Part shown: positions 49,756 through 60,246 of the stretch, piece by piece
How the letters are laid out: each line of letters begins with the position of its first letter
Numbering within the stretch: the stretch's first letter is position 1
NCBI GenBank assembly: GCA_050951325.1
Contig: JBMNIW010000012.1
Coordinates: 1 to 64,000 of the forward strand
DNA from: Clostridia bacterium
GTDB taxonomy: Bacteria > Bacillota > Clostridia > UBA1212 > DUPL01
Direction: 5' to 3'
DNA length: 64,000 nt
The notes under the pieces: generated by a model
What the model saw: only the letters and a program-made list of their open reading frames with translations
Database searches by the model: none
Told to the model about the DNA's origin: nothing
Program-made: the position numbers and the translations under genes

Positions 49756-50598
49756 ATGTTAAGAAAACTTGTATCGTTTTTAGTTGTATTTTTAATACTT
49801 TTTGCATTTACCGCCTCTTCTGAAGAGGACCCTAATGCAAATGTATTTGAGACAAACATTGAGGAATGGACCTTTGCAGGAGAAGGTATCTTCGGAAAAA
49901 AGACAAACTATTACGATAAAAGCGGCTTATTCATGTCAGACAGGACAGTGCAGTATGTATATGCCCTGTCTAAAATGCAATTAAGCAGTGATAAATCCTT
50001 CACCTTTGAAGTGGAGTTTGATGTACCCAGCTACGATGCGACAGGAGCGGAAATGGGCTGGTGCTGGCAGAACATTTTTATCGGTGTCAAGGATCCTGAC
50101 GAACCCGGATCGGATGAGTTTGTGTCTTTAAGGTTTCAACACTATCCAGAAGGAAATGAAAACATTCAGTTTACCTCCACCGTTTCCAGCTTCAGCGACA
50201 CAGTTCCTCTGCCTGAAGAGAAGGTTGGAGACATGACCCACACGGTGCTTTTCTACTACAGCATTGTAGATGAAAGTCTTACGGTAACAGTAGACGGGGA
50301 AGAACTTTTCAGGATAGAAGATGCAAGCGAAGACATTGAAGGACACCTGGGTTTTGGTGCCACCTGGTGTGCAATGAGGATTTTAAAAGCAGTGTACACG
50401 GAGTTGGATGAAACCCCTGCTCCTGATACACCAACACCTGAGCAAAAGGACACGCCAACACCTGCAAAAACACCTAGTCCAACTCCCAAAGCAGAGAAAG
50501 AGGTTGATTTAGGAAAAACCCTTGCCTTTTCTTTAGGCGCTGTCATGGTGGTGCTGCTTGTTATTGTGGTGATTGTTGCGATAAAGAAAAAGAGATGA
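49756..50598 (+). CDS. Secreted ConA/LamG-like protein with C-terminal TM anchor
   Basis: Signal peptide, beta-rich domain (VTVDG...GHLGF), PT linker, TM helix and KKKR. Confidence 0.65.
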   Translation: MLRKLVSFLVVFLILFAFTASSEEDPNANVFETNIEEWTFAGEGIFGKKTNYYDKSGLFMSDRTVQYVYALSKMQLSSDKSFTFEVEFDVPSYDATGAEMGWCWQNIFIGVKDPDEPGSDEFVSLRFQHYPEGNENIQFTSTVSSFSDTVPLPEEKVGDMTHTVLFYYSIVDESLTVTVDGEELFRIEDASEDIEGHLGFGATWCAMRILKAVYTELDETPAPDTPTPEQKDTPTPAKTPSPTPKAEKEVDLGKTLAFSLGAVMVVLLVIVVIVAIKKKR

Positions 50599-50629
50599 AT
50601 AAAGAGGCTTCAAGCCTCTTTTATTCATC
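50594..50629. terminator. Bidirectional terminator
   Basis: gatgaataaagaggctt-c-aagcctcttttattcatc between convergent genes. Confidence 0.75.
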
Positions 50630-50659
50630 CTCAAGCTTTCCAAACAAATTATATATCCT

Positions 50660-51070
50660 TTATCCACACGTCTCTGCTTCCTCACCGAAATAGAAGTAGC
50701 CGTAGTGTTCTGTATGTATAGGCACAATGGTCGATACATCCGTGTCAAATACTTTTGTATCTGCTCCGTTATATACATACAAATCATTCTGGTCTAGATA
50801 AAATACAGTCTTGGGATTGTAATTTTCCGTCTGCTGCAACACCGAATCCATAGATATCTTTTCCCTGTTCTGCAGCTTTGGCACCTTCCGAAACATCGCA
50901 AAGATACAAATTCCCGTTGGACTTCAATAGATAGACCTTGCTTCCGAAAAAAGCAGCTCCTATGTAAGGGAATGTTGAACGGCCCAGATTAAATATCTCA
51001 TCACCAGATATCATGCTTGAGTACCACCATCGGGTTTACCACATCACAAGCAATTACTTCTTCCACTTGA
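50660..51070 (-). pseudogene. Remnant of a beta-propeller paralogue
   Basis: LYVYNGADTKVFDTDVSTIVPI...YGYFYFG matches the C-terminus of 51077-52672; fragments lie in different frames. Confidence 0.7.
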
Positions 51071-51076
51071 CACTCC

Positions 51077-52672
51077 CTATTCCTCTTCAAATAAATTATA
51101 GATATTGAGCCCATAATTGGCACTATATCCGAAATCATAGTATCCGTAAGTTTCTCCTCTTAAGGGAATTATGGAAGTCACGTCCTCCTCGAAAACCCTT
51201 ATATCCTTTCCATCAAAGAAAAACAAAGCCATGGTTGTGGTGTTCGGAATACTTCTTGTATGGAAAACTATTGTTGGACTGTAGTAAAAGAAAGACCTGT
51301 AATATGGTGCTATCTGCTTTGTAGAGCCCGACTCATCCCTTAAGTACATCGCACCTTCATTTTCTATAGTCTGGTATATGATGTTTCCTTGAAAGTCGGC
51401 ATAAACTTTGTCCTTGTAGGCAGATCTGGAAATTATCTCTCCATTAACGTAAAGTTCACCGTGTTTTTGGTATGCAGTCCTTATGTATACAAGCTCTCCT
51501 TTTACTGTAATTCCAAAGTTGCTTACACCATCCTCAACCTTCTCCCACTTGTGCGTCTCAGTGTCATACAGAAACAAATTACCTCCTGTAATCAAAACAA
51601 CAACCGACCTGCCATAGGAGAGAGCCTTGACAGGAGTGCCGTATATTTCTTCATTGGTATTCACAATCCCATCAACAACTACATAAGTCTTACCACTTGA
51701 AGTCAACACAACTATTGGCTCTATTACATCCGCATAGAGAACCTGACCTTCATTCATGCTCACTTCTTTTACTTTCTCCAGGTTATAGTAGCAGAGTTTG
51801 TTCTCCTTGCTCCAAAAGTATGCTCTTCCATCCTCAAGGCAGCTTACAAGATCCTTTGCGCCATCATATATTTCTTTTACTTCGCCATGTTTATACAAGT
51901 ATACCTTTTCATCTTTCATGTATAACACATGATTTAAATTAAAGTCAGCAAGAATTGGCGTTGCAGCTTTTCTAGATAGTTTAGAAGAAAACTCCAATTT
52001 GTCATTCTTGTATAGGTATACCTGAGTGTCGGTCAGGCATATCAGCTTTTTGCCATCAGGAGATATTCTAAAATCCTGAACACCTTCTGCCACAAGTTTT
52101 GAAGATTTCAAATCACTTTTGTATAAATACCCTTTGCTGGTGTTGCCCTTTATGTAATAGACTATATTTCCTGATTGGTTTATCATGAAGTTCCTGACAC
52201 TTTTGTCCACTACCCCAGTTTTCCATCCAAAAGACAATTCTACGTAATTTAAGGAATTATCAGTATCATCCAGATAAAAGAATCTCTTGCCATCCTGACT
52301 GATTCTTGTACCATGATTAGATATTTGTGCATCCAGTTTCGTAGTTTTTCCTTTGCCAAAGTTCGTCATGTATATGCCATCTTCTTTTCTGTACAAAAGA
52401 AGATTTGGATATTCTCCAGACATGTCTTTGAAAATGAAAGCTATTGCAAAGATAGCGAATACAAAAATCACAACTGAAAGCACTGCAACAAGTTTTAATT
52501 TGGACTCACTTTTCATGTTTTTTGATATAGAAATACTTTCACAACCTTTACACACCTGCATGTCCTTTTCAATATATGAACCGCAATACACGCACTCTGA
52601 ATACTCCTTGCCACAATTAGGGCAGATATTCACACTTCCATCCATATCAAACCCGCATGCCGTACATTTCAT
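51077..52672 (-). CDS. Zinc-ribbon, TM and beta-propeller (TolB-like) protein
   Basis: Four CxxC motifs, TM helix, ISQDG/ISPDG repeats. Start at MKCTAC after GAGG. Confidence 0.82.
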   Translation of the reverse strand: MKCTACGFDMDGSVNICPNCGKEYSECVYCGSYIEKDMQVCKGCESISISKNMKSESKLKLVAVLSVVIFVFAIFAIAFIFKDMSGEYPNLLLYRKEDGIYMTNFGKGKTTKLDAQISNHGTRISQDGKRFFYLDDTDNSLNYVELSFGWKTGVVDKSVRNFMINQSGNIVYYIKGNTSKGYLYKSDLKSSKLVAEGVQDFRISPDGKKLICLTDTQVYLYKNDKLEFSSKLSRKAATPILADFNLNHVLYMKDEKVYLYKHGEVKEIYDGAKDLVSCLEDGRAYFWSKENKLCYYNLEKVKEVSMNEGQVLYADVIEPIVVLTSSGKTYVVVDGIVNTNEEIYGTPVKALSYGRSVVVLITGGNLFLYDTETHKWEKVEDGVSNFGITVKGELVYIRTAYQKHGELYVNGEIISRSAYKDKVYADFQGNIIYQTIENEGAMYLRDESGSTKQIAPYYRSFFYYSPTIVFHTRSIPNTTTMALFFFDGKDIRVFEEDVTSIIPLRGETYGYYDFGYSANYGLNIYNLFEEE

Positions 52673-52757
52673 TCTGCTACCAACCTCTCCTTTATTCTTT
52701 ATTAATCCCAAATCTCCGTTTGTTTTTGTAAATAATACCATTATTCTATAATTTTTA

Positions 52758-53330
52758 CTACATAAAAAATTCAAAAAGCGAATACAAGGTATCATGATCA
52801 AAGATATCGTCCGATTGGTAATGCTCATAGCTGGCTGTAAGCTTGCTTTTGTTCTTTCCGTCAAAGAAGCACAAATCCTTGCTGCTGTTTCTGTAAACAA
52901 TGGCCTTGTCGTGGAAGTATGCATAATCCATGACCGTTTCTCCCACCAAAAGCGGTTTGTCTTCTTTGAAGATGTATAAATCATGATATACCCCGTCAGA
53001 ATCAGCAAGCATTGATTTCTTGGTGTAGATTAAGTTGCCTTTTGCATCGACTTTAATGCTGTCTATCCTTACATTGTCATACATCACAAGGTCTCCTAAT
53101 CCTCCTATATCGTTTGCACGATAGATAATTTATGTACCTGCACTGTTTATGACATAATCTGATGAATCAAGACCTGTTAGCTTTTGTACCTTGTCCTTTA
53201 CTGCCATATGCAAGCCATGGCTGTTATCTTCGAAGACAAGAATTGTTTGTCTCTTTCAGTCCGATACATATAAAAGAAGTCTACAACCTTAATCCAGTTC
53301 ATGACCACAATTAGTGCAAATCAATTATCT
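52758..53330 (-). pseudogene. Remnant of a beta-propeller paralogue
   Basis: IKVDAKGNLIY...AIVYR...LCFFDG matches the C-terminus of 53341-54915; upstream part broken. Confidence 0.7.
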
Positions 53331-53340
53331 CACTCACTTA

Positions 53341-54915
53341 CTAGCGGAATATGTATAAGGGTTTACTGTCAAAATAATCGTCGGTCCAGTATTCTTCCAG
53401 CCTTGCTTCAATTATCCCCAAAACTTCTTCATCTATCTTTACACTCTCATTTCCATTATAGAAAAACAGTTCATTACCACTCTCCTTATATACTATGGCA
53501 TCTTCTTGATAATAGATGTACTCCTTTACAATTTTCCCTATTCGTTTTGGTTTCCATCCACTGTATATGTACAAAGTCATATCTATGAGGCTGATACTTT
53601 CACCCTCATCCCTTGCATACTTTTGATATATTATGTTTCCTTCTTTATCTGCCCGTATGCTTTGTATATACACTTTAGAGTCAAAATATTTACCGTTTAG
53701 AAAAGTGTCATTTTTGTGGGTTTTTGCGTTCTTTATGATAAGTACCTCATCCTTGTTGGGAAGGGGATAGAAATAGGATACGTTTTTCTCATAGGGTTTG
53801 CTTTCCCCATTCCCCACATCATACACCATCAATGTTCCGCCGTTTTCACTGTAATCCATCATGTAATATATTTTTGTACCTGTGTGGTTTAATCTATACC
53901 AGTCAACACCGTCAAACACGTCCGCCCTTTTTACATCCTTGCCTCTTGCCACATATGCGTCTCCTGCCTTATCTGTAAAGATTACAGTAGGACCACTCTG
54001 AGCAATTGCAAGAAGATGGCTGATTGTTACCTTATCAAGCACATGCACTTTATTGTCATACCAACAAAGTTTCGAATCATTATTCAAGTAATACATGCCT
54101 GAATTAAAAGAAGCACACACCTCTTGTATGCCATCTGTTATAAATTTGGATTTGCCGGCTTTGTATACGTACATCTTGCTGCCTTGTTTGTAGTAGATTT
54201 CTTTTAAATCCTCCCCAATTGACACAACCTCGTTTGATTCAAATTCCTTTTTAGTTCCATTATACAAATATGTAATTCCGTCTTTTTCAAAACATACATT
54301 TTTCCCGTCTCTTGAGATTGCAAAGTAAATCACATTAGTTGCAACTTCCTCCTTGCCCTCCATCGTCCACATATAAAGTTTGTTCGATGCCATGGTTCCT
54401 TTTATATAGTAAACTATGGTGCCCTTCTCGTTTATGCGGTAATTGTATACATCCTGGTCAATGGTCCTCGGGCCTTCTTTTAAGGTAAAATCCAAAATCT
54501 TAAGTGCATTTTCATCTGTGATATAAAAAAGCTTTTTGTTATCTCTTGTTCTTTTTACCTGTACCATCTTTCCATCTATGGTCCATCTTTGCTTGAAGTT
54601 ATAGATGTGTATAACGTCCTCTTTCTTATAGATTATTATATCAGGATACTTGCTATTCAGGATGAATTTATACACAAATATTCCTGCAGCAACAAACAGA
54701 ATTACAATAACAGCTGCGGCAATTCTTTTGATTGCATCCTTGCTGTCCCTATCCTCTTTCTCCTTCTTTTCCCCCAAGGTTTTGCATTTGTCGCATATCC
54801 TTTTGTCCGATTCTATCAAACTACCGCATTTTTCACACTCGGAATACTCCCTGCCACATCCAGGACAAATGCTTACACTAGGGTCCAATTCCTTTCCACA
54901 ATTACTGCAAAACAT
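53341..54915 (-). CDS. Zinc-ribbon, TM and beta-propeller protein
   Basis: MFCSNCG, four CxxC motifs, TM helix, ISRDG. Confidence 0.82.
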   Translation of the reverse strand: MFCSNCGKELDPSVSICPGCGREYSECEKCGSLIESDKRICDKCKTLGEKKEKEDRDSKDAIKRIAAAVIVILFVAAGIFVYKFILNSKYPDIIIYKKEDVIHIYNFKQRWTIDGKMVQVKRTRDNKKLFYITDENALKILDFTLKEGPRTIDQDVYNYRINEKGTIVYYIKGTMASNKLYMWTMEGKEEVATNVIYFAISRDGKNVCFEKDGITYLYNGTKKEFESNEVVSIGEDLKEIYYKQGSKMYVYKAGKSKFITDGIQEVCASFNSGMYYLNNDSKLCWYDNKVHVLDKVTISHLLAIAQSGPTVIFTDKAGDAYVARGKDVKRADVFDGVDWYRLNHTGTKIYYMMDYSENGGTLMVYDVGNGESKPYEKNVSYFYPLPNKDEVLIIKNAKTHKNDTFLNGKYFDSKVYIQSIRADKEGNIIYQKYARDEGESISLIDMTLYIYSGWKPKRIGKIVKEYIYYQEDAIVYKESGNELFFYNGNESVKIDEEVLGIIEARLEEYWTDDYFDSKPLYIFR

Positions 54916-54947
54916 GGCACTACTCCCAACTTTCATTATTCTACGGT

Positions 54948-56471
54948 TCAAAATACACTGTAAAGATTAAGTCCATGATTCTCACTTTGCTCTTCTTCAT
55001 AGTGTCCGTATTTTTCCTCTCTTACAGCAATTAAAGAGTACACTTTGTCATCAACAATACTTTCATACTCTCCATCATACAAATACAAATCGGTATATGA
55101 AGAACCCTGGGTACGCTTTATGAAATAGATTTTGTTTTTATTGTAATAGAAGAAGGACTCAAAATTGTCGGTTATCTTTTTTGTTTCTTCTTCTGTTTTT
55201 ATATACAGCGCCTTTTCGTCACCCAATGTCTGGTATATGACGTTTCCATCTATGTCAGAAAAAATCGTATTTTTATCCACTCTCTCTATTATCTTTTTCT
55301 TGTTTATATATAGCACAACAGAACCTCTTTGGTCATACTTCAGAGCCACAACGTCACCTTTTGCAGTGAGGCCAAAGTCTACCACAGAGGTGTCATAGGA
55401 CTCCCAACTCTTCAATTCCAAATCTCTCACATAAAGGTTTCTATCCCAACATAAAACATATATCTTCCTATCGCATACTTTTGCTTTCTCAGGGATATCA
55501 GCATACGGGTTTGTACTTGTCGTTCCTTCATACACAACAGTCACCTTATCATTGTTTTTAACCACCACTATAGGTTCTTTTGTGTCCGCATGTAGTATCG
55601 AACTGTAAAAGAGGTTTAATACTTTTACTTCCTGCAGGTCATAATAGCAGAGAGAATTAAACGTGTTGCAAAAATACAATCTCCCATCCTGAAGACAGGT
55701 TACCATTTCCTTTACCCCGTCATATATCTCCACTACTTTCCCGTCTTTGTATGTACATAATTTTCTATCGGTTATGAAGTAAACATTGTCAAGATTTATG
55801 TCGTAAAGAAGGGAGTGATTGCTGTCATAGGAAGAAGAAAATGCAAGAGTGTCATTTTTGTAATAGAAAACCTCATTTTCTGTTGTGCAAAGCAGGTTGC
55901 TCCCATCAGGGGAGATAACGAAATCCACGGCGCCTTCGGCTATCAGCTTTGCTGATTTCAAATCGCTTTTGTACAGTTTTCTCTCTTGAGTACTTCCTTT
56001 TAAATAATAGACTATGTCACCTGTTTTGCTTATCTTGAACTCCCTAACATCTTCGTCCACCACTCCGCCCTTTCTTTGAGATGGCAATTCTACATACATT
56101 AAAGTATTGTCACTCTCATCCATGTAAAAAAACCTGCTTCCATCCTGGCTTATTCTTGTATTTTGGGATTTTATCAGGGCATTAACTTTGGTTGCTCTTG
56201 TGAGATCGAAGTTTGTCATGTACACATTGCCATCTTTGTTGTACAAAACAAGATTTGGATACTCACCAGGGTTCACATAACTCCAAAATACAGCAACACC
56301 TATAATTGCAAGCATGTACACCAACACTGTTGCAATTGACGCAAATGTCAAGTTCTTTTTACTCTTTTGGATACTAACACTGCAAGACCCATTCATCGAA
56401 AACTCCTGCCCACAGTTCTGACAAAACCTTACACCGCTTTCCAGTTCAAAACCACACAAGTCACATCTCAT
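54948..56471 (-). CDS. Zinc-ribbon, TM and beta-propeller protein
   Basis: Two CxxC motifs, TM helix; extensive identity blocks with 51077-52672. Confidence 0.82.
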   Translation of the reverse strand: MRCDLCGFELESGVRFCQNCGQEFSMNGSCSVSIQKSKKNLTFASIATVLVYMLAIIGVAVFWSYVNPGEYPNLVLYNKDGNVYMTNFDLTRATKVNALIKSQNTRISQDGSRFFYMDESDNTLMYVELPSQRKGGVVDEDVREFKISKTGDIVYYLKGSTQERKLYKSDLKSAKLIAEGAVDFVISPDGSNLLCTTENEVFYYKNDTLAFSSSYDSNHSLLYDINLDNVYFITDRKLCTYKDGKVVEIYDGVKEMVTCLQDGRLYFCNTFNSLCYYDLQEVKVLNLFYSSILHADTKEPIVVVKNNDKVTVVYEGTTSTNPYADIPEKAKVCDRKIYVLCWDRNLYVRDLELKSWESYDTSVVDFGLTAKGDVVALKYDQRGSVVLYINKKKIIERVDKNTIFSDIDGNVIYQTLGDEKALYIKTEEETKKITDNFESFFYYNKNKIYFIKRTQGSSYTDLYLYDGEYESIVDDKVYSLIAVREEKYGHYEEEQSENHGLNLYSVF

Positions 56472-56532
56472 ATTCCCATCGGCCTTTCTTGATTTCTTTT
56501 TATGAAAATTATAGTATACAATAATGTACAGT

Positions 56533-56700
56533 CAACTCAGGCTGTACTTTGCTCTTTCAGGTATTTCCATGGTTGATACTCCCTTATCAAGGAGCTTTGC
56601 ACCTTCTCCATCATATATATACAGCTTGTCATAAACATCCTTGTAAGCTATGGTATTAAGCTAAAGAAAAGCATGTTATCCACGTTGTCTGCTATCTTTC
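56533..56700 (-). pseudogene. Remnant of a beta-propeller paralogue C-terminus
   Basis: NTIAYKDVYDKLYIYDGEGAKLLDKG can be read on minus; boundaries approximate. Confidence 0.55.
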
Positions 56701-57096
56701 TTTACCACAGTTTTTACAACATATAATCATTAGTTTTCTCCATCTTAAGTCGAACTCAGAATCACGATACAATAAACAGATTTTTCTCTGTCAAAACTTT
56801 CTCACATATGACCTCGGTCAAATATTAATTTATACATAATTATACCATCCAGTGATGTATTTTTCAATATTTTTACATAAGGAGAGCCCATGACTTTTCA
56901 TGAACTCCCAAGTTCCCATATTAGAAATGACTTCGCAGAGATTCTCTTTTATAAATATCAGTGGTCCAGATAAATTCTCTTTCCGGAGTCCACACGTAAG
57001 GCTCTCTTCCCTTGAACTATGTAGACTTTTTATCAAGATCCCGGAATTATCAAAGGGCCCACATTGCTGTGAGCCCTTTGTCAGTTACCTGTTTTA

Positions 57097-58191
57097 TTAA
57101 CCCTTTTTCTTTTTAAGTACAACCACTATCGCTGTTGCAATCACAGCAGCAATTGTAACCGAAACTGCAATAGTTATGATTAATGAACTTGAATCCTTGT
57201 CGTTATTTTCGTCTTGTTTTTTATCAGGTGCTTTTGTTTGTACAGGTGAGCTTGTAGAGGGATTGTCATTTGGCTTTTCAGTTTCCTCAGGCTTCTCGGT
57301 AGGTTCCGGGGTCTTCTTTATTTCCGCCTCGTAGACAAGCTCCAAGTATTCAAGATACGCCTTTTTAATATTTCTTGCCCCAACTCCCATGCGGCTGTAC
57401 TCTGCGCATACCAAGGTATCTTCAGCTTTCAGTATCTCTTCTCCTGATGCATTCTTGATTGTAACGGCACTATAGTACTCAGCTTCGCTTGGCGACTGGT
57501 TGTTCATGAGGAAATCGGGATAGAAGTTGGTTTCTTCCGAGAATTCCGCTGTCATTACAAACTTGTCGTTTACATACAGCTTGACATCGGAGCCATTGTC
57601 TTCGAATCTAAACACTGCATAATCTGTAAGTATTGTCTTGTCTCCGTAAGCTTCAGACACATCAATATCAACCGTGTAGTTTTTAATATAGTTTTTGGCT
57701 TCCTCATCATACGCTTTTACAAACAACCTTATGGATGTCTCGCCTGCAAAAGGATATATGCAGATTCCTGTAGAGCCAATTCCAGCAGTGTCTGCGTTGT
57801 CGGCTTCAAAGTATTCCCCTTGACCTGAATTGTTTCTAATAAGGAAGTACTCTTCGGATGCCCTTACAAACAATCCTAGCCTGTCTGATGTGGATGTGCC
57901 TTTTAGTTTTGCTGAAAAGGTGTAAGGGTCCATAATTGACTCCACGCATGCAAACTGTGAATATTCAGCCAGCTCAAATATCCTTTTCCCACCTTCTTCA
58001 ATAACTTTCGATTGTGGATTGTTTGTCGGCCAGAAAATTTGCCAGTAGTCACCGTAAAAGTCGGCGTCAACAAATCCCGGTTCAAACTCGTCAAACTCTA
58101 ATTTGTCCGTTATTGTTTCCGTTTCGGTAGAAGAAACAACAAACCCAAAAACACAAACAAGCGCAATAAGAGATAGCAGTATTTTTCGCAT
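57097..58191 (-). CDS. Secreted beta-rich protein with C-terminal TM anchor
   Basis: Signal peptide, KLYVND, P/E/T linker, TM helix and KKKKG. Confidence 0.7.
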   Translation of the reverse strand: MRKILLSLIALVCVFGFVVSSTETETITDKLEFDEFEPGFVDADFYGDYWQIFWPTNNPQSKVIEEGGKRIFELAEYSQFACVESIMDPYTFSAKLKGTSTSDRLGLFVRASEEYFLIRNNSGQGEYFEADNADTAGIGSTGICIYPFAGETSIRLFVKAYDEEAKNYIKNYTVDIDVSEAYGDKTILTDYAVFRFEDNGSDVKLYVNDKFVMTAEFSEETNFYPDFLMNNQSPSEAEYYSAVTIKNASGEEILKAEDTLVCAEYSRMGVGARNIKKAYLEYLELVYEAEIKKTPEPTEKPEETEKPNDNPSTSSPVQTKAPDKKQDENNDKDSSSLIITIAVSVTIAAVIATAIVVVLKKKKG

Positions 58192-58207
58192 TTGGATTTC
58201 CCCCTGT

Positions 58208-60151
58208 TTATTTTTTCTTGAACGTTTTAACCAGCATTAATCCACATCCCAAAATCACAAGTCCGCAAAGTGCAAGCACTATTGGCAAAGTGTAATTGAC
58301 TTTCGCTGTACTTTTCGTCGTTGAATATGAGGATGTGTATGAGTAGGCCAGTCTTCCCAAAGGAACACTGCATCCTGATACGTAATAATCCATTATGTCG
58401 GATTCCTTTTCTATAGAGTCCGCCACTTTAAAGTAGATTGTGAAGGAGCCCTTTTCAATACCCAAGTCTTTAAGAGGCACCTTTATCTGCATAGTGTTTT
58501 TTGATACCGAGTAATCTACATCAGCTTTCTTACCAAAGTCATAGCCACCGTTTGAAACCTCAAGGGAGGTCTTCGTTTCAGAAACAGGATTCCTGTTTAC
58601 CACAAACTGAAACCTCTCCCATGACTTTTCACTGCTGCCTTCCACACCTATAAACAGATTCATCCAGTTTGTTTTGCCTGTTTTATACTGAGTTATGTCT
58701 TCATCGGTTTCTATCAAGAAATACAAATTCTCACTATCGTGTGCAACATGAATTTCCTTTACAAAGTTGTCTGGAGCCGCCTGTGTGTATGTTACCTGAT
58801 TGGAAAAGCCTTTGTAATCCCTTTCCGTCTTTTGTGTAGCAACATTCCTGTATACAGGAGCACCTTCCCATTGCTCTTTCCCCAATGTTATATCAATGGT
58901 TCTTTCATCAATCTTCCTGTTCTTGTCAATTCCAATCCCTTTATACTCCCTTATCCTCCTTACAAGGGACATATAGAAGTTGTCGCCATAACCTTCCTGT
59001 ATGTATTTGCCTTCATCGTCGACTATGTAGTTTGGATACTTGGTCATTTCAATATCCCTGGAAAACTCGGTATTGAAAGAGTCAACAAACCTTGCAAACA
59101 GATCCCCTTCCAGGACAATCTTTGGCGCTATCCATTCATTCCATCCGGTTACAAAGATAATTTCGGGATTCCCCTTTATCGCAAAATCCCACTGTTCATT
59201 GAAGTTGTCTCCTCTTTCTATGGCTTCGACATTTCCATTGTCGGGATTATTTGTGGTGTAGCCCCTTCCCCAGCTGGGCCTTAACGTTTTACCGTCATTA
59301 GGCTGAACAGACAGACTGAAGTTGCTTCCCGTATGCTGTGCCACGGATACATTCATCAGATTACCAAACAGTCTGAGAGGTCTTTCAAAGTCAACATACG
59401 GCCAGCCGTCACTCCTGAAATCATCTCTTGGCCAGAAGGGGTGTCTTAGCTCAAAGTAGTTCCAGTACTCCTTGGGCATGTCTTCTTTGACAGCTATTAG
59501 ATAGGGTTTCTCTCCGCCTGCTCTAAACCACAATTCATCATACTTAGCATCCTGGTACAGTTCTTCATATAGTAGAGGAATCTGGTTTGCACAGTCCTTT
59601 TTGGTAAAGAACATGACTTTAGGCACATCCCAACCTGCTTCCTTGTACTCAAGAAGCAGTTCCAGCATCGTCCTTAGAGGGCTCCAGTAGATATGGTAGT
59701 TTGTAAAGTCGTAGGCAATAAAGTCTATGCCTGAGTACACAAACAACTCTATATGCTTCCTTATGACCCAAGGATCGGAAGAGTTATAGTATCCGTACAA
59801 AGGCTCGTTGAAATAGAACATCTTCCTTACATTCGTTTTTGTGTCAAAAAGAAACTCCCTATCTTCTCTTAGCAGTTTTGTTATGTCAAATATGTCTCTT
59901 TGAACTCCGCCGGAGTTATGGTATTGGCCATCATGCCATGCGAAGTAGAAGATTCCTACATACTTGTTTGATATAAAGTCCGATACTGGACCAATACTAC
60001 GGCCAAATGCATCAGTACCGCTGATTAACGCCAGGCCCGCATCCAGATTTTCCAAGTTTGTCCCCTCTCCCGCCAGTATTGAAACTGTGTTTGCCATTAT
60101 GCTAATGGTAACAATAACAGTTATCAGTAGTTTAATGTACATTTTTATCAT
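58208..60151 (-). CDS. Secreted glycoside-hydrolase-like protein (GH71/GH99-like barrel) with C-terminal TM anchor
   Basis: VGIFYFAWH, PLYGYY.S.D, GIDF, TGWNEW. Confidence 0.65.
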   Translation of the reverse strand: MIKMYIKLLITVIVTISIMANTVSILAGEGTNLENLDAGLALISGTDAFGRSIGPVSDFISNKYVGIFYFAWHDGQYHNSGGVQRDIFDITKLLREDREFLFDTKTNVRKMFYFNEPLYGYYNSSDPWVIRKHIELFVYSGIDFIAYDFTNYHIYWSPLRTMLELLLEYKEAGWDVPKVMFFTKKDCANQIPLLYEELYQDAKYDELWFRAGGEKPYLIAVKEDMPKEYWNYFELRHPFWPRDDFRSDGWPYVDFERPLRLFGNLMNVSVAQHTGSNFSLSVQPNDGKTLRPSWGRGYTTNNPDNGNVEAIERGDNFNEQWDFAIKGNPEIIFVTGWNEWIAPKIVLEGDLFARFVDSFNTEFSRDIEMTKYPNYIVDDEGKYIQEGYGDNFYMSLVRRIREYKGIGIDKNRKIDERTIDITLGKEQWEGAPVYRNVATQKTERDYKGFSNQVTYTQAAPDNFVKEIHVAHDSENLYFLIETDEDITQYKTGKTNWMNLFIGVEGSSEKSWERFQFVVNRNPVSETKTSLEVSNGGYDFGKKADVDYSVSKNTMQIKVPLKDLGIEKGSFTIYFKVADSIEKESDIMDYYVSGCSVPLGRLAYSYTSSYSTTKSTAKVNYTLPIVLALCGLVILGCGLMLVKTFKKK

Positions 60152-60246
60152 TTAATTATCATCCTTGCTGCATTATTACTTGTACATTATAGACCAACGG
60201 TGAAAGTTAAATAAACTCACAAAATTAATTATTTTATATACTTTTC

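Noticed and set aside
52673-53008. 112-aa N-terminal extension of the 643-aa ORF
   Set aside because: Out-of-frame reading of the upstream remnant; paralogues start at the zinc ribbon.
50660-56700. Diversity-generating retroelement acting on the paralogue array
   Set aside because: No reverse transcriptase, and no near-identical repeat pair differing only at adenines was seen.
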